A stretch of DNA of 36,638 nucleotides from a virus (taxonomy: Duplodnaviria; Heunggongvirae; Uroviricota; Caudoviricetes), in the IMG/VR virus record IMGVR_UViG_2541047702_000001; one strand, 5' to 3'. The notes under the pieces are model-generated. The model was not told the DNA's origin. It saw only the letters and a program-made list of their open reading frames with translations, and searched no databases. Position numbers and translations under genes: made by a program. Of this stretch, positions 1 to 8,059 are shown one piece after another (the first letter of the stretch is position 1; the number at the start of each line of letters is the position of its first letter).

Positions 1-17
1 AATCATTCCCACTCAAT
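1..17. repeat. attL core, 17-bp direct repeat AATCATTCCCACTCAAT
   Basis: Exact copy of 36622-36638. Reverse complement ATTGAGTGGGAATGATT reads I-E-W-E-stop, which I recall as the C-terminus of GMP synthase GuaA (from memory, unverified). Confidence 0.8.
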
Positions 18-104
18 TATTTACGGCATGCATAACCAATTGACTGGTAACAACTTTCTGTAACCTGATTTTCACCATACCGTTTTATATACCGTCACCG
101 GAAA

Positions 105-602
105 TCAGTGCCACGATTTTTGCTTCTTCAGTGAATCGTATTGCTGCTCGCAGAATTCCCCTGCGATACGATACTTTTCAGCCTCAGTTGCTGTTGCGTT
201 GTAAACTCGGTTGCTTTCTTCAAGCATGTCGGCGAGCACACCGATGACCTTGCTGGCTGGCGTGCCAGGGGGGAAAGATCCGGTATAGTGTTCGGCGAGC
301 CGCCTGGTTTTGTCAAGCTCGGCGCGCATGCTGTCAGCAGCGGAATTAGCATACTCAGCATCAGCACGCGCCGCATCGATACGGGATTGTGCTTCACGTT
401 CAATTTGTGTTTTCTCCTGCTCACGCTGTGACCTTAACTTATCATCAGCCTGTTTCTGATCTTCCTTCGCCTGCGCATACCCGGCATCGTACTGACGGAT
501 GCCGTGCACATTCCAGGCAACAACTCCTGATATGACCAGAACAGCAAGCATCGCCACGATAAGTAACTGTTTACGGTATGCTTTTACAAATGCCCAGATC
601 AT
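105..602 (-). CDS. Rz: i-spanin (Rz-like): N-terminal transmembrane helix followed by charged coiled-coil region
   Basis: 165 aa; TM segment [18 protein letters not shown] then highly charged periplasmic domain; start ATG overlaps endolysin stop (ATGA at 599-602); last gene of lysis cassette. Confidence 0.7.
   Translation of the reverse strand: MIWAFVKAYRKQLLIVAMLAVLVISGVVAWNVHGIRQYDAGYAQAKEDQKQADDKLRSQREQEKTQIEREAQSRIDAARADAEYANSAADSMRAELDKTRRLAEHYTGSFPPGTPASKVIGVLADMLEESNRVYNATATEAEKYRIAGEFCEQQYDSLKKQKSWH
128..376 (-). CDS. Rz1: o-spanin (Rz1-like) outer-membrane lipoprotein, embedded in +1 frame inside Rz
   Basis: Internal ATG at 376 gives [17 protein letters not shown]... with lipobox LTAC and Pro-rich mature part; fully nested in the Rz ORF as in lambda Rz/Rz1. 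Confidence 0.6.
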   Translation of the reverse strand: MRRVLMLSMLIPLLTACAPSLTKPGGSPNTIPDLSPLARQPARSSVCSPTCLKKATEFTTQQQLRLKSIVSQGNSASSNTIH

Positions 603-1228
603 ACCGCCAGTACCTTACTTGCTGTGATGTACCGCGCACGCCGGTCGTCGATACCGTTTCTGCCACCATTGATAATCAGAGTTACACGTACAATATCGCC
701 GGTATACTTCATGCAGCCTTTGCTGACGAAGAACCACGCCGCGCTACGAGCCGCATATTCGTCCTGCGCCAGCAGTTCAGGGCTCTCCAGCAGGTCAACC
801 TTCAGACCGTTTCCGCAATCACGATAGTTATTCAAACCGGTAATCTGGATAAGTCCGCGCCCTCGGTAATTCCAGCCATCACCAGGGGCATTGTTCCCCA
901 TGCGTTTGCTGTATACCAGATTTGCGATCGCGCGCTGGCGCTCAAGTGGCAATGGTGCTTCACCAGCACGGCGCCCCAGTGCATTAGCCTGCCCCTGAGT
1001 GAGACGCCCAGCCCGAACGAAGTTAGCCAGTCCGCTGACACTGTAGTTGAAATTCTCCTGCAACCTGGTGAAGCTCCCAGACTCATGCCCGACTTGAGCA
1101 ATAAACATTGCCTGATCTTCTGCTTTGCTGATACCAAACTCTTTCATCGCAGAAGTTATATGCGAGAACCAGCGTGCGGCCAGTGCCTCGCTGATACCAG
1201 CAGCTCGCTGGAATTGTTTAATCTCCAT
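599..1228 (-). CDS. Endolysin, glycoside hydrolase family 19 (chitinase-like lysozyme)
   Basis: ATG at 1228 gives [13 protein letters not shown]...; contains GH19 signature [15 protein letters not shown] and HESG catalytic region; closely resembles recalled Salmonella-phage GH19 endolysins. The ORF-track start at 1393 is an upstream extension overlapping the holin-like gene. Confidence 0.8.
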   Translation of the reverse strand: MEIKQFQRAAGISEALAARWFSHITSAMKEFGISKAEDQAMFIAQVGHESGSFTRLQENFNYSVSGLANFVRAGRLTQGQANALGRRAGEAPLPLERQRAIANLVYSKRMGNNAPGDGWNYRGRGLIQITGLNNYRDCGNGLKVDLLESPELLAQDEYAARSAAWFFVSKGCMKYTGDIVRVTLIINGGRNGIDDRRARYITASKVLAV

Positions 1229-1526
1229 GTTTAGACCTCGATACTTTAAAAATTTGAACGACGTTACCGCGCGTTTTAATAACCGCAGCCAGCATGACAG
1301 CGTTGATAATGACCTCAGATAAATCCACAGCCATTGGCGTACGTAACCAGATTGCATAGGCGACACGAACAGGAATACTGGCCGCAGCAACAATCAGGAA
1401 ATAAGCAAGCCATCCTCCCCACCTTCGGTGTTGAGAGCCGTTACGCCGGAATGTGACAACGCGAATTGCTATGCCAGTGCAAATAACTGCATTGGTGATA
1501 AGCAAAAAAAACTCATGCGTTACCAT
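1218..1526 (-). CDS. Small membrane protein, holin-like or antiholin (2-3 predicted TM segments)
   Basis: 102 aa, hydrophobic segments [19 protein letters not shown] and [23 protein letters not shown]; sits between holin and endolysin, overlapping the endolysin start by 11 nt. Confidence 0.5.
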   Translation of the reverse strand: MVTHEFFLLITNAVICTGIAIRVVTFRRNGSQHRRWGGWLAYFLIVAAASIPVRVAYAIWLRTPMAVDLSEVIINAVMLAAVIKTRGNVVQIFKVSRSKHGD

Positions 1527-1926
1527 CGTCTTTTCTCCCCGGAATTAACTCGCGTGGATTATCGGAACGGTGATAGAGCCATATACCAATACGCACAGCG
1601 ACAATTGCTGACACGAATGCGCCTGCAGAGAAAACAATCCCTTTTTCAAAAGAGTCCTGCGTGATGGTAGGGATCAGGCTGGCTATGCCGATAAGAATTG
1701 ATGCTGCTGGTTTGTAAAAGAGAAGGCCGCAAAGAAAGCTGAGCATCGACAGGAGCACCCGGCGACGGATGGGGTACTCTACTGCAGAGGTAACAAAAAT
1801 TACCGCTCCAGCCAAAGCACCCAAAGCAACCTCAGGAGGAACTCCTGCTATCACCGCCGCCAGAGAACTCATGCTAAGCCACTGATTTAAAGTTTCACTG
1901 GTTAGTTGAGCTGACATGTTTTCCAC
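1513..1926 (-). CDS. Holin (multi-TM small membrane protein)
   Basis: 137 aa with several hydrophobic helices and a charged C-terminus ([19 protein letters not shown]); first gene of the lysis cassette. Confidence 0.5.
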   Translation of the reverse strand: MENMSAQLTSETLNQWLSMSSLAAVIAGVPPEVALGALAGAVIFVTSAVEYPIRRRVLLSMLSFLCGLLFYKPAASILIGIASLIPTITQDSFEKGIVFSAGAFVSAIVAVRIGIWLYHRSDNPRELIPGRKDDGNA

Positions 1927-2119
1927 CGTTTATATGCATAACAACCTCCTGAACAGTAAAGCATTACGCATAATAAACCATTTATGGTTTTTTGTTACTT
2001 TAACATCGTCAATTCCCTGTTTTTCATGCCGAGAATAAAGCTCACCTTTTACATGACTCTGAAGAAACAAACAGTGAAGAGCAGGTTGAATACCGCACCA
2101 TTTAATGGCGCGGTAGCAG

Positions 2120-2416
2120 TCAAATAGAGAAATAAACACAAAAACAAAAAACAACAGGAACAGCAAAATCCAACAGACTTCCCACATCCCACACGCGTGG
2201 ATCAAAACCTCCCCACCACGGCATGTTGATACGTTTCCCTTTCCCAAACTTTTCTATCCAGCGATATTCTGCCTGGGTGTGTTCACGCGCAATGAAGAAC
2301 GTACAACCGGCTATCGCACCGTAAGCCCAGTTTCCGGTAAAAATACCAACCAGTACCTGAGCCGCAAAAGCGCAAAGCGAGTGAAGAAATGGAGTGACAT
2401 CAATGCTCTTAATCAT
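2120..2416 (-). CDS. Small hydrophobic protein translationally coupled to tailspike (function unknown)
   Basis: ATG overlaps the tailspike stop (ATGA at 2413-2416); 98 aa with hydrophobic N- and C-terminal segments. A +1-frame ORF (1930-2247) continues beyond its stop across T5/T6 runs. Confidence 0.5.
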   Translation of the reverse strand: MIKSIDVTPFLHSLCAFAAQVLVGIFTGNWAYGAIAGCTFFIAREHTQAEYRWIEKFGKGKRINMPWWGGFDPRVWDVGSLLDFAVPVVFCFCVYFSI

Positions 2417-4602
2417 GAAACTTCCCCATTGGTTGAAAATATAGCTCCTCCAACGCCAAGTGTATTTCGTGTTGTGCTCAACCTCAGAGGGCTGGAGTCA
2501 GAATTAGAATATCCTGTAGCAGAAATAAAAGATCCTCCACTAATAGTCAACTGCGGAACATCGGCTATATCTGAATAAGTTCTGTCAGCAACAGTATTAT
2601 TTATAGCCACATATGATCCAAAAAAACTTCTTATTGTTTGGTTTTTAACTTTACTTCCTTCAATGGTTATCCTACTACCACAGTCGGCAATAAATCCTGA
2701 ATCTGCATCCAGCGTTGCATTCATAAAAGAAGCTTCAGATCTCTCTACATCAATCCATCTAATATCTTTTGTGGGATTTGCACCAAATACATGACAAATA
2801 TTAGAGTTAAACCTTACACCATCTTGGAGGTGCATTAATTTTTTTATATCTGTACCCCATAGCCTTGGAAAATTAACAGATGCTCCTGCATGGCAATCAA
2901 ATCCCAGCTCAGCCCCTGAGATATCTACAGCCTTTCCTGAAATAACAGCACCAGTGTCTGCATTAACGGCTGTTCCACAATTGCGCATATCATTACCAGC
3001 AACATCAACGCAACCCGCACCATCAATACGCACACCAAGTGCACATCCATAAAAACCTTTTTCAATATTTGGTTCAAGGACTTTACCACTTGTTTCTGCA
3101 TCACTTTCTTCAACGTCATGTCGTCTTGCATCAACATATGCTGTATGAATGCAGGTTAATCCACGATATGAGCAATGTATAGTTTTATGGTCGCGTATAT
3201 TAACATTTGAACCATCTCTTACATTCCATCCTATATAACAATAGCTTGCACTTGACCCCTGAAAATCTGCTTTAACATTATAAATACAATTAACTGACGC
3301 AACCGTACTCTCTGTGCACCGTTCAAACTTGCTTACAGGCATTGATGCCTTGACATTATTTACCAGTTGCAGGGAAGAGTATCTGCTATAAGAAAAATCA
3401 CATACGTAATACCCTTCTGGCATATATGCAGCAACACTTTCCTCATCAGGAGCACATCCGGTATGATATGCACTAATTTTTGCACCAAAACTACCATGAA
3501 TTCCAACGTAGAACTTTCGAGCACCTGAATACGGATAGAAATTAAGTTCAGCTTTTTGAGTTACAATAAATGCACAAACATCGCTATCATCTCTATTTTC
3601 TTCGATCTGAATAGCAAATACAGGACTTTTTGCTGCATCGCAAATGTAAAATAAATACTTGTATTCGTAATACGTTCTAACGATTTTAGTAAACAAACGA
3701 GTGTCAGAGAAAACCACTGAGTCTTCTGATGTTATTTTAATCCAAGACAAATCAACACCTGAACTGAATTCAATTTGATAGTTGATAATATGCCCGGTCT
3801 TAATTCTTATTTCGCAGAAAGCATTACCACCATCCCACATAGGTCTCATTGACTGGGCTGCAATGATTGCATCTTTGAGTGTAGGGTAATCACCCCATTC
3901 GCCAACAGTAATAACAAAAGTATAATATGAGTTAAAAACAGCGGCATTTTTGCCTTTGGATATCAACTCCTTAATCATAAAAATATTATCTTCGTAATCA
4001 CAAGGAGAAATTATATCCCTCATTTTGCTTTGAAATGTTCGTTGTCTTGCCCCGCTTCCTGACGGTATAAACCAACCAAAACCACCAACAACCCCGGCGA
4101 TTGCAGCATCGACATAATTACGCATTGAGCGATTATTTACAGCGTCCTGCTCAAGTGATGGATCTGCAAGGTTAGAAATTCTGTTTTGCTTTGCATCGTA
4201 ATATTTTGCAAGCAAAGATGGTTTCATCAATGCACGTCTGAACCACCCGAAACATCGCTGGATCAGCATCGTCAGGTAGTCAAATGCATCCTCATGAACT
4301 TCGGGGAAAAATTTTCCCTGATTGCGAAGATCAGTCTCCTGCACCACATCAAGCACACGCTCTATCGTAATTCGCCATCCAGCAGCAAGCGGCGACGGGA
4401 GAACCACTTCACCGCCACTATAAGTGCCCGCTCCAGTTACCTTATAACCGGTATCCAGAACCAATTCTGTTACGTTCCCGTTCAGGTCAGACACCTGAAC
4501 AACCAGGTCGGTTTTTTTGAAAATACGGAAGGTATACGGAAATGATGTCGTAACGCCGTTACCGGTGTATTCGTTGTGGTCAACTTCGGTTGAGACCGTC
4601 AT
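2413..4602 (-). CDS. Tailspike / receptor-binding protein with conserved N-terminal virion-attachment domain and C-terminal Cys/Gly-rich probable beta-helix domain
   Basis: 729 aa; N-terminus MTVSTEVDHNEYTGNGVTTSFPYTFRIF... matches the N-terminal domain I recall from epsilon15/phiV10-type tailspikes; GGAG Shine-Dalgarno 8 nt upstream of ATG 4602; C-terminal 500 aa rich in Gly, Cys, Asn, Ser. Confidence 0.7.
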   Translation of the reverse strand: MTVSTEVDHNEYTGNGVTTSFPYTFRIFKKTDLVVQVSDLNGNVTELVLDTGYKVTGAGTYSGGEVVLPSPLAAGWRITIERVLDVVQETDLRNQGKFFPEVHEDAFDYLTMLIQRCFGWFRRALMKPSLLAKYYDAKQNRISNLADPSLEQDAVNNRSMRNYVDAAIAGVVGGFGWFIPSGSGARQRTFQSKMRDIISPCDYEDNIFMIKELISKGKNAAVFNSYYTFVITVGEWGDYPTLKDAIIAAQSMRPMWDGGNAFCEIRIKTGHIINYQIEFSSGVDLSWIKITSEDSVVFSDTRLFTKIVRTYYEYKYLFYICDAAKSPVFAIQIEENRDDSDVCAFIVTQKAELNFYPYSGARKFYVGIHGSFGAKISAYHTGCAPDEESVAAYMPEGYYVCDFSYSRYSSLQLVNNVKASMPVSKFERCTESTVASVNCIYNVKADFQGSSASYCYIGWNVRDGSNVNIRDHKTIHCSYRGLTCIHTAYVDARRHDVEESDAETSGKVLEPNIEKGFYGCALGVRIDGAGCVDVAGNDMRNCGTAVNADTGAVISGKAVDISGAELGFDCHAGASVNFPRLWGTDIKKLMHLQDGVRFNSNICHVFGANPTKDIRWIDVERSEASFMNATLDADSGFIADCGSRITIEGSKVKNQTIRSFFGSYVAINNTVADRTYSDIADVPQLTISGGSFISATGYSNSDSSPLRLSTTRNTLGVGGAIFSTNGEVS

Positions 4603-4706
4603 GTTAAATCTCCAGATAGTCGCAGCACCCGTTGCGCCGCATATCTGGTTATTCTATTACCTTAAAAACCACATATGGATAGAAAGACTGTGAATACGAA
4701 TAGATA

Positions 4707-4721
4707 TTACCTTTCGGGTAA
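4707..4721. promoter_or_regulatory. Operator-like palindrome TTACC-TTTCG-GGTAA (exact)
   Basis: Exact match to the recurring motif; lies between divergent tailspike gene and the LexA-box promoter. Confidence 0.6.
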
Positions 4722-4760
4722 TTTGCAAAACGTGCTGGATAGCAAACAAATTATTTGATA

Positions 4761-4776
4761 CTGTATAAATATACAG
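4761..4776. promoter_or_regulatory. LexA (SOS) box CTGTATAAATATACAG overlapping a promoter for the plus-strand ORF 4798-5055
   Basis: Perfect CTGT-N8-ACAG with AT-rich spacer, flanked TA...TT (TACTGTATAAATATACAGTT); possible -35 TTGATA at 4755-4760; GGAGAAG ribosome-binding site at 4786-4792. Confidence 0.75.
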
Positions 4777-4797
4777 TTATTGCATGGAGAAGATAAG

Positions 4798-5055
4798 ATG
4801 CAGCAGTATCACTATCCACTGGAAGACGGATTTACCGAAAGGATTCACACGCCGGGAGGCGTCAGGTCACTGGTGGAGGGATCGCACTTGATGAAATTAC
4901 TCCGGGATCTCGATAAGGATGGATTTAATGTCGATGGCCCACTTGCCGAACTGACTGCACTGATTAACTATGTCACCAGCTCACAGATGTCTATGCAGGA
5001 TCTGCAAACACATCTCGACTATTGTGCCGAACAATTACGAAAACAAACCCGGTAA
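4798..5055 (+). CDS. Small LexA-regulated protein, candidate SOS-inducible antirepressor (function inferred from context only)
   Basis: 85 aa, ATG 4798 with ribosome-binding site; LexA box over its promoter; followed by a bidirectional terminator; opposite in orientation to all flanking genes. Confidence 0.5.
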   Translation: MQQYHYPLEDGFTERIHTPGGVRSLVEGSHLMKLLRDLDKDGFNVDGPLAELTALINYVTSSQMSMQDLQTHLDYCAEQLRKQTR

Positions 5056-5061
5056 ATTTAA

Positions 5062-5079
5062 AGGCCGCGAAAGCGGCCT
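5062..5079. terminator. Bidirectional intrinsic terminator hairpin AGGCCGC-GAAA-GCGGCCT between convergent genes
   Basis: 7-bp GC-rich stem; T-rich on the plus strand downstream (CCCTTTT) and on the minus strand (revcomp of 5041-5060 is T-rich). Confidence 0.6.
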
Positions 5080-5087
5080 GTGACATG

Positions 5088-5384
5088 TCACGTCCCTTTT
5101 CTGAATGATAGCCATTCGAAAAATGATGACATTCCACCGCAGACAATAGCAAAGATGATCCCACCAAAGAAGAGAAGGCCAGCCTGCCACCACTCCCACC
5201 GCCATACATCCACAGCGCCAACCATACCAACAATCGCTCCAACAAATGGAATATAGCTCACGATGAAAGCAATGGGGGCTGCAATTATCCAGTGCAATCC
5301 CCACCATGATTCAAGCCCAGCCATAATTGCTGCCAACTGAAAAAGACCAACGACGATATAAACAATGAATCCTATAGCTTGCAT
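5088..5384 (-). CDS. Small integral membrane protein (about 3 TM helices), function unknown; candidate superinfection-exclusion or host-surface-modification accessory protein
   Basis: 98 aa, strongly hydrophobic; AGGTGA ribosome-binding site before ATG 5384; last gene after the ejection-protein genes. Confidence 0.55.
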   Translation of the reverse strand: MQAIGFIVYIVVGLFQLAAIMAGLESWWGLHWIIAAPIAFIVSYIPFVGAIVGMVGAVDVWRWEWWQAGLLFFGGIIFAIVCGGMSSFFEWLSFRKGT

Positions 5385-5396
5385 GTAGTCACCTAT

Positions 5397-5570
5397 TTAC
5401 CCAGTAAAAATAAGAGGCCTCCCCTCAATAAGGCTTGCAACAAGAACTACTCCCTGCACAACAAAGATGAACCAGCAAATAGCTTGAGTCTGAGGGTTAA
5501 GAAAATATTTGTAGCGGTCAATAAATAACAATCCACCAGAAATTATCACACTCAAAATAATTAAAAACAC
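5397..5570 (-). CDS. Small hydrophobic protein (57 aa, 2 predicted TM), not in ORF track (below size cut-off)
   Basis: GTG at 5570 preceded by GGAAG 4 nt upstream, immediately after the stop of the 824-aa gene; translation MFLIILSVIISGGLLFIDRYKYFLNPQTQAICWFIFVVQGVVLVASLIEGRPLIFTG; stop 13 nt before next ATG. Confidence 0.4.
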   Translation of the reverse strand: MFLIILSVIISGGLLFIDRYKYFLNPQTQAICWFIFVVQGVVLVASLIEGRPLIFTG

Positions 5571-5579
5571 AACACTTCC

Positions 5580-8054
5580 TTATTGCGGAGTGACATCCTG
5601 AGGTCGCCACCAGTATGTCTGGTTAAACTCTTTCTTCGAACGTTGCTCCATTTTACGCAAATAGCCTGGTGAAAAATACTCCTGCATCTGATTAAAGATC
5701 ATGTGATCGAGAGCCGCCTTCAAGTACCAGAGATTCGCACCTGGCATCAAACCTTTCCCCAGCTTCACCAGATCACCACCAGTCTGCTCACTCTTCCCTT
5801 CCACAGCATTTAACGGTATGCCCTGAGCAATCTTCACTACGTCATCAACCAGACCAGCTACCGGGCCAAGCATCGACGCCAGCGCGCCGCTTCCGTACCT
5901 AGTGTGATCTGACAATAAAAAGTCACCATAAAGGCCAAGACCACCACCTTTCAGTAGAGCACCAAGCCAGAATTTTGCGGCATCTTCTCCTGTCATCTCT
6001 CGAGGATTACGACCAGACGCAAGGTCGTTAAGTTGTTGCGACAAAGCGCCAAGAATGGTCGTACTGGCAATAAACGTCGCAATATATGCCGCACGCCCAC
6101 CAGCAGACGGCATACCCATAGCGCGTGACCAGTGACGCATAACAACCGAGATAGGGAACGATTTAAACAGGAAAACACTTCTCGTTAATTCACCTTTCCA
6201 TGTTCCACGCTGAATACCAGAACCGGTTATCAGTTGCTCACGTGCTCCCGGTGTAATAACAGCCATATCAACTTCTTCAGTTACGGCACCGAGCAGTTTA
6301 CGCATTGCCTCAAATTTCACGCGTTCAGGCTCACCAAGATGTTTAACTGCTGAATCAGGGATACGCATAATGCTTTCCGGTGTCAGCATCGTATTATTAC
6401 CGTTCCCCCAGTCCTCCTGTTGCGCCAGCTTCCATACGCTCCAGTCTGTGTCAGTAATCCCTTTGCTTTTCAGGATACGAAAATCAGAGTCATCGAGGCT
6501 ACGAAGGTCTGGTGTTCGTGACACTACTTCTCCCAGGCTTCCCATCATGGTTACGCCATAGGCGCGCTTGTGCGCATCTGACCATGCTGTAAGCCCACTG
6601 GCACGCATTACCGCCGTTGCCGCCCAACGAGACACTGACGGCCCCATATTATCCATCGCCCAGCGGTTAACGCTGCCAAGTAGAGATTCCATCGCCAGAC
6701 CAGCGCGGCGCGCCCGCGCAAGTTCTGTACGGTTCGTTGGGTCCATAGCTTCAAGCTGGTTGCGGAATAACTGGTTCATTGGAAGGTTGGTAACCTTCGC
6801 AGACAGATACATGGTTCCAAGATCAGAGAACGATGACAGCAACGCGGATCCGAGTCTGCTGGCAACCAGCCAGTTGCGAATATTGTCAGACCATCGCGCG
6901 ATGTGCGGATTCGCTACAGGCTGTGTCTTTCCGGAAATAAAGTTGTACAGATTCTCTGTGTTGTTCGCCAGCCGCTCGACTTTACCGGTTTTACTCGGGT
7001 TAGCTGTTGCCGTTTCTGCCTTCACCTGATCAAGAAGAGAGCGGAAAACATGATCGGGGTTTGGGCCATATGTTTCCACCAGTGCAATATCTTTACTGAT
7101 ACCTTCCAGGTGACCGACCATGATTTCCCATAGAGAGCGATCGCCATAAAGTTGCTGATATTGCAGATAGGAATCTGCATCTTTGAAATGTATCTGTCGT
7201 GATGCATTACCCCGGTTAGCACGTGCGCCGGAAATTCGCATTCCGGTATCAGTAAGCTTATTCAGCCCACCAGTAGCGATCGTGTTATAAGCCTCTCCAA
7301 GAAATGCAGACAACTCGGCATCGTTCATCAGTTGTCCATCGGCTCGGGTATAATATTTGCGATCCAGCTTACCTATAACATCGCTAACCCACTTATCCTT
7401 TGATACCGCCCCAACCTTTTCCATAGAATGATGTTGAGGGAGCCCCCAGTTTTCGAGATAGCCAATGTCCCCACCAGCATCATTAAACCGGCGGCGCAGT
7501 AGCTCTGTCACTTCTCTCCACGCCTTAGCACCTTTTCTTGCTTTAGCATTGCCAGTATTTTGCCCTCGCATTTCATATACCAGGTCACGTACGCCCGCTT
7601 CATCTTCAAACAGACCAAAAAAGCGAGGATCAACTGCTTCGAATGCCTCCTGCAATTGACTCAATGCATAATCACGAGTGGCTTTTGTTCTGGATTCAAC
7701 AGAGAGGAAATTCGATTTACCGTCTGCATTAAAAGCAATAGTACGGTTAAGAGCGCCAAGTTTCCCATCAGCCCCTTGATAGCTATTGATAAATTTATCC
7801 AATCTCTGACGTGCGGCTATAGTGAGGGCCACACGACGTTTCTTTAATGCCGCTTCTCGCTGTAATTCTTCAGATGCCAATTGTGCTGCACGATATAGCC
7901 GCTCTGATTCGGAAAGTTGTCTCCACGACATCGGGTCATCACGAGCAATGGAGCGCATATTTCGATAAATGCGGTCTTCAATGTTCTGTATTTCTCGCGC
8001 CGTTAACGTGCGCTGCGCCGCCTGCTGGACCGCTTGTATACATTCCTGTCTCAT
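5580..8054 (-). CDS. Large internal virion / DNA-ejection protein (podovirus-type)
   Basis: 824 aa; one of three consecutive very large proteins between tail genes and tailspike; C-terminal region with hydrophobic/Gly-rich segments; no enzymatic motif recognised. Confidence 0.5.
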   Translation of the reverse strand: MRQECIQAVQQAAQRTLTAREIQNIEDRIYRNMRSIARDDPMSWRQLSESERLYRAAQLASEELQREAALKKRRVALTIAARQRLDKFINSYQGADGKLGALNRTIAFNADGKSNFLSVESRTKATRDYALSQLQEAFEAVDPRFFGLFEDEAGVRDLVYEMRGQNTGNAKARKGAKAWREVTELLRRRFNDAGGDIGYLENWGLPQHHSMEKVGAVSKDKWVSDVIGKLDRKYYTRADGQLMNDAELSAFLGEAYNTIATGGLNKLTDTGMRISGARANRGNASRQIHFKDADSYLQYQQLYGDRSLWEIMVGHLEGISKDIALVETYGPNPDHVFRSLLDQVKAETATANPSKTGKVERLANNTENLYNFISGKTQPVANPHIARWSDNIRNWLVASRLGSALLSSFSDLGTMYLSAKVTNLPMNQLFRNQLEAMDPTNRTELARARRAGLAMESLLGSVNRWAMDNMGPSVSRWAATAVMRASGLTAWSDAHKRAYGVTMMGSLGEVVSRTPDLRSLDDSDFRILKSKGITDTDWSVWKLAQQEDWGNGNNTMLTPESIMRIPDSAVKHLGEPERVKFEAMRKLLGAVTEEVDMAVITPGAREQLITGSGIQRGTWKGELTRSVFLFKSFPISVVMRHWSRAMGMPSAGGRAAYIATFIASTTILGALSQQLNDLASGRNPREMTGEDAAKFWLGALLKGGGLGLYGDFLLSDHTRYGSGALASMLGPVAGLVDDVVKIAQGIPLNAVEGKSEQTGGDLVKLGKGLMPGANLWYLKAALDHMIFNQMQEYFSPGYLRKMEQRSKKEFNQTYWWRPQDVTPQ

Positions 8055-8059
8055 TTAAT

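Noticed and set aside
46-65. GGTAAC...GTAACC inverted-repeat-like sequence near attL, considered as terminator or arm-type integrase site
   Set aside because: Imperfect complementarity and no T-tract; insufficient evidence.
578-1234. 218-aa plus-strand ORF (and similar antisense ORFs at 6568-7029, 11701-12318, 15409-16113, 19784-20521, 23219-23938)
   Set aside because: Antisense to long, well-supported phage genes; typical shadow ORFs with no ribosome-binding sites and odd composition.
1930-2247. 105-aa ORF as an independent gene
   Set aside because: Overlaps the tailspike-coupled 98-aa gene in the +1 frame and has no good start; kept only as a possible frameshift continuation.
5080-5091. 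CRP-binding-site interpretation of GTGACATGTCAC
   Set aside because: CRP sites have TGTGA-N6-TCACA spacing; here the half-sites are separated by 2-4 bp, so a host CRP site is unlikely.
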